Shown one piece after another: positions 59,575-64,000 of a stretch of DNA of 64,000 nucleotides (position 1 is its first letter; each line of letters begins with the position of its first letter). The notes beneath the pieces were generated by a model. It did not search any database, was not told the origin of the DNA, and saw only the letters and a program-made list of their open reading frames with translations. The stretch spans positions 52,328,001 through 52,392,000 of the forward strand of contig NC_092357.1 of NCBI RefSeq assembly GCF_963676685.1, in the 5' to 3' direction. The stretch comes from Mytilus edulis. Its lineage: Eukaryota. The position numbers and the translations under genes were made by a program.

Positions 59575-62564
59575 ATGATTCTAACAGAAATTTTATTTTT
59601 ACCTAGAAATTGACGAACACCTTACTATCAAAAGACGTGAAAATCACATTTCTTTTTCGACAAATGATTAAAAAAAAAACCATCTGTAGATCGTACTTGT
59701 AACGAATTGAATACAAAAATTTCAATTTTAGAAATTGAAATAGGTTAAGGTCACTGTTATTTAACAGCTATTCGAAATTTTCAAATTTGCACCCTATATG
59801 CAAAAAAGTCAATCTAAAGTCATTTTTGGCGTTAAAGTACAAAATAAATTCTAAATGTAGATACAAAAGATAATTTCTATAAATTGGTTGTTTTTATTTT
59901 GCTCAAAACGCATATATGTAGGAGAAACAAGCTATCTAAATGTGACTGTGCATTTTTCATGATTTTTTGCTCTGACCTTTGACCCTGATTTAAAAAAAAA
60001 CTTGACCACGACAGACAGCGACGACAACGCTATTTCGATGAGGCTTGTTCTTCTCTTTCCAACGATATAAAATATAGCCGTGTGTTATTCCGTTAAGGCA
60101 AATCGATAAAATTTGTTGATTGGGCACCCTACTATCATGACTGAAAGGTCAAAGGTCACTCTCAGAATCATTCAAAAGTCTATCTCGGAATATCACGGAA
60201 TTTGATGAGATTGTCATCAAAGTGAGAGGGTTAGCGCTATAGAACCAGGTTTAATCCACCATTTTCTACATTTGAAAATGCCTGTACCAAGTCAGGAATA
60301 TGACAGTTCTTGTCAATTCGTTTTTGGTGCGTTTTGTATTTTAATTTTGCCATGTCATTATGGACTTTCCGAATTGATTTTCCTCTCAGTTCAGTACTTC
60401 TGTGATTTTACTTTTCCCTACTTGCAAACTACGCTTTCATATAAATCATAACTACCAAATAGGGCCTAAAACGTTCTATACAATTCATTCGTCTCATACA
60501 CCTCAAAGTAAAGACAAAAAGTGCATTCTTACCTTATAAAGTAAATATACTAAATTCCATATGACCAAAATACTGCAAATGACTAACAATGAAATATTCG
60601 ATTCCAAACCGTATAGATATAGCATAAACTAGAGTAAATACAAATTCTCTGTTTTTCTCAAACCATACCAATTTTAAATAACAAAATTTGCTCAATGTTG
60701 CTAAAATGTCGATACGTAATACGTGAAAAATGTATTTAAAACGGATAATATTAGGCAAACCGTTATGACCGAGTCTTCTCATTTATCTTATCAATCGTTT
60801 TAAGGTGAGAGGTACGTAAATGAACGCCTCTAGCGGAAAACGGGAAAATCGACGTTTGTTGCTATGGGAGTTATCTCCCGTTCACCAGAAAAAATATTTT
60901 CAAGATGTCGGAATATATTCCGCTTCGTCGGAATAATGGTCAATGTGGTGGAAGAGTATTGAATACATCTCATCAATATGTATCAAAAATTGGAGTGTGT
61001 AAAATAAAATATTTTGTAACAGTAAAACAGTGCTTCTCTCCCATGAAAATGAAAGTAACTTGGCATGTTGTGATGGTTTACTAGCTGACCAACATTAATG
61101 CTTCCAAGAACTTCTATTCACCATAATATTTCTACAAAACTGTTTAAAGTACAAAGAATGGGTCTCGGAAGTATTTTGTTTATACCTTGTGGTAACTGTC
61201 CATAGATTAACTTACTATACGCTTGTAATCGGCACAGACCAGAGAATTTCCCGTTGCGCGGTATATTTCGCCTCCCTTATTGTGAAGCAGCAATATTGTG
61301 GTCGCAAATGTGAACATTGAATGTATATCGTCACTCGGAGAATCTATTTTAATGACAATATCTTTTATTGTTGCTGTTAATTATGTTTATAAACATATGA
61401 ATATTTTTTTTAAGATGTCCTTTTACATTGTGGTTTATCATTCCAGAAATACATTATAAATACATATGATCTCGTATAATCACTTAAAAACAATAATAGG
61501 TAATCAATCCTTTTTCAGACAGAATAATATTATGCTCTATAGCGCATTTGTATAATTGAACAAGTTATAATGAAGCAGTCGTTGTCTTTATAATTCTGTT
61601 GATATAGCCTTGACGTTGCGTAATCCTTTCGGCGACGTCATGATTTTTTCTCTCTTTTTCCGTCAGCAGCACCCTTTCAAAGGCTGATATATAAAAAGGG
61701 AGTTCGGTAACCCCATGAAAATTATATATCAAAAGAAAGAAAAATAATACCTTAAAAACATTTGGTTTTTATAGAAAAATCGTAGGATTGGTTTAAACTG
61801 TAGAATAACTCAAGCTAGAAATTTCTTATTTTTTGGTTTAAATTTGACGTAATGTCTATGTACTTTATGTTGTCTCCTTACCATTTTCAAATGCCTGCAA
61901 CTCGGAAATTAGATCGGTGACCAACTTAAATTTTTCGATTTTTCATTATCTTTTCATAAGTTCTACGTGTATACAATTTCTTTTAAAAATCGCCGGACAA
62001 GCCATTTACGTACCTGTTACCTTAAATCGTCATTTAAACATCGTTTATGGCAAGTTCGAAGCTTTTTATCTCTCATTATTAACCGTTTTGACTTTCCGTT
62101 TCCGACCGCCGTTGTATTGACGATGTACAATAATATTATTTTTTCAAATCATGCATTTAATTAAATATATGTAATTATAAAATTTCGTAAACAATTTTAT
62201 TAACTGGTTTCGGCTGTAATAAATGTTTTATCAAACAATTACTTTAACTATTTAGAATTCCGCACAAAGGATATGTTTAGGACGTCCTAACATGAGATGC
62301 GTCTGAAATAGCTTCGAGACACAACTTAAGAGTGTCCTAAGTCGATCCCAAGTCCATCCTAAAATTGCTTTTATCTATGACTTAGGACGAATCTTATGAT
62401 ACTTTCGAGAACACCACCCCTGAGCTCTCTAACTAATGATATATAAATTGTACAGGTAGAAACAGTTACCCAGGTGCGGTCAAGCACAGCTGATTAATAA
62501 TAAATACTCTCATGATTAAATAATACATAGATACATAGATAAACTGATCAATAAGTAATAATGA

Positions 62565-63690
62565 TAAAAGAGGGACGAAAGATACCAAAGGGACAGTCAA
62601 ACTCATAAATCTAAAACAAACTGACAACGCCATGGCTAAAAATGAAAAAGACAAACAGAAAAACAATAGTACACACGACACAACATAGAAAACTAAAGAA
62701 TAAACAACACGAACCCCACCAAAAACTAGGGGTGATCTCAGGTGCTCCGGAAGGGTAAGCAGATCCTGCTCCACATGTGGCACCCGTCGTGTTGCTTATG
62801 TGATTACAAATTCGGTAAATAGTCTAATTCGGTAGGTCATATTCATGAAAGGGACGGGGATTGTAGTTACGACGTAAGGAACATATCCGATATCATTTGT
62901 GAAACGGTTATTTCATAACGGTCAACCAACTCGTGATGGCGTCCGTAAAATTTACGAAGGGATGATTTCAACTTCACCATTTGGAACTCTTGGTTTAATA
63001 GCTTCCTTGTGAGCAGCAAACCTCTATCAAGAAAATCATGATAGGAAATGCAAGCACGGGAATATCGTATCAATTGGGAGATATATACCCCGTATGCAGG
63101 TGCTGCTGGAATGTTGCTACTTAGAAATGGAAAGTTCACAATTGGAAAGCTGAAATCATCTCTTTTGTCGTAAAGTTTTGTTTTCAACCGACCCTCATTG
63201 TCAATTTCTAGATGTAAGTCAAGATATGAAGCCGACTTAACTGTATCTGTAGTATCCTTTATCTCTAGTTCGATTGGATAGATGCGTTCCACATAGTCAC
63301 CAAATTTTGAATTGTTTAGTGAAAGAACATCATCTATATAGCGGAAAGTAGAGTTAAAGGATATTGCTAACTTCTTATCTTTCCTGCTTGAAGTCAGCCT
63401 CATAATAATAAAAAAACAAGTCGGCGAGTAGAGGGGCACAGTTTGTTTCCATTGGAATGCCGACAGTCTGTTGAAAAACACATCCTCCGAACGTAACAAA
63501 TATGTTGTCAATCAAGAAATTAAGCATCTTGATAATATCAGTTTCAGAGAATTTTTTGTTTGAATCAGAGTGATTCTTTACAAAGTAGGATTTATCCCTC
63601 CCTAAGACAAGATACTTGTATCTACGTTGGCCATTCTTTTTTATGAAGCAAAGTAATACCAACTCTTTCAATTTGTCTTTTAGTTTGGAT
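62565..63690 (-). mobile_element. 5'-truncated Penelope-like retroelement (RT core, thumb, 3' tail), frameshifted
   Basis: QQTVGIPMETNCAPLLADLF, FRYIDDVLSLNN, LYDKRDDFSFPIVNFPFLSSNIP. Confidence 0.85.
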
Positions 63691-63714
63691 AAACTTCAAG
63701 TGATCAAACATAAT

Positions 63715-63985
63715 AAAAAAAAATCATAAGGGTTCCGCGGAACCCAGTGTTTCGCCTTCTTTTGCTGTTAATCCCAGGCTTAAAAAAAAGGAATAAATTA
63801 ATAAAAATATTCCCGAAAGAAGCTTCTGTCCAAGTTTGGTAAAAATCCAGGATAGTTTAAGAAAGTTATTAAAATTTCTAAAACTTTAATCACAGAGTGA
63901 ATATTTAAACGATGACGCCGACGACGACGGAATGTAGGATCGCTATGACTCGCTTTTTCCGAAAAAGTCGATTGCTCGACAATCA
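63715..63985 (-). mobile_element. Short HINE-like element
   Basis: Palindrome GGGTTCCGCGGAACCC, (GAC)n tract and subterminal inverted repeat. Confidence 0.55.
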
Positions 63986-64000
63986 ATGAAAATCGTCTCT

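Noticed and set aside
62466-62783. 105-aa hydrophobic ORF (LPEHLRSPLVFGGVRV)
   Set aside because: Translation of the retroelement's 3' tail, not a gene

Overview
AT-rich animal genomic DNA. The repeat content looks like a bivalve, probably Mytilus (inference). The whole window is spanned by a + strand gene for an extracellular leucine-rich-repeat protein that the ORF track misses. I reconstructed 9 internal exons (an LRRNT cap exon, a linker exon and 7 phase-2 LRR exons) that splice into one open frame. Its introns are packed with mobile DNA. (1) A full-length but defective Ty3/Gypsy LTR retrotransposon (14156-22135, - strand) has a helix-hairpin-helix domain at the gag N-terminus and a PHD finger at the integrase C-terminus. 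It inserted into an intronless 218-codon ORF that can be fully rebuilt. (2) A nest of DNA transposons lies at 23431-30289: a CAC-ended element with a 5-bp TSD, containing a Ginger-like MITE and an Academ relic. (3) An Ngaro/PAT-type tyrosine-recombinase retroelement has split direct repeats. (4) There are Penelope-like RT fragments, a type I hammerhead ribozyme, Helentron-like (HINE) repeats and satellites. The most notable signals are the PHD-tipped integrase next to a TATA-type promoter, repeated tandem amplification of exon-end plus splice-donor units at four exons, and a ~55-bp TSD-flanked element present twice with an identical core. All calls come from reading and translating by hand; no database searches were run.
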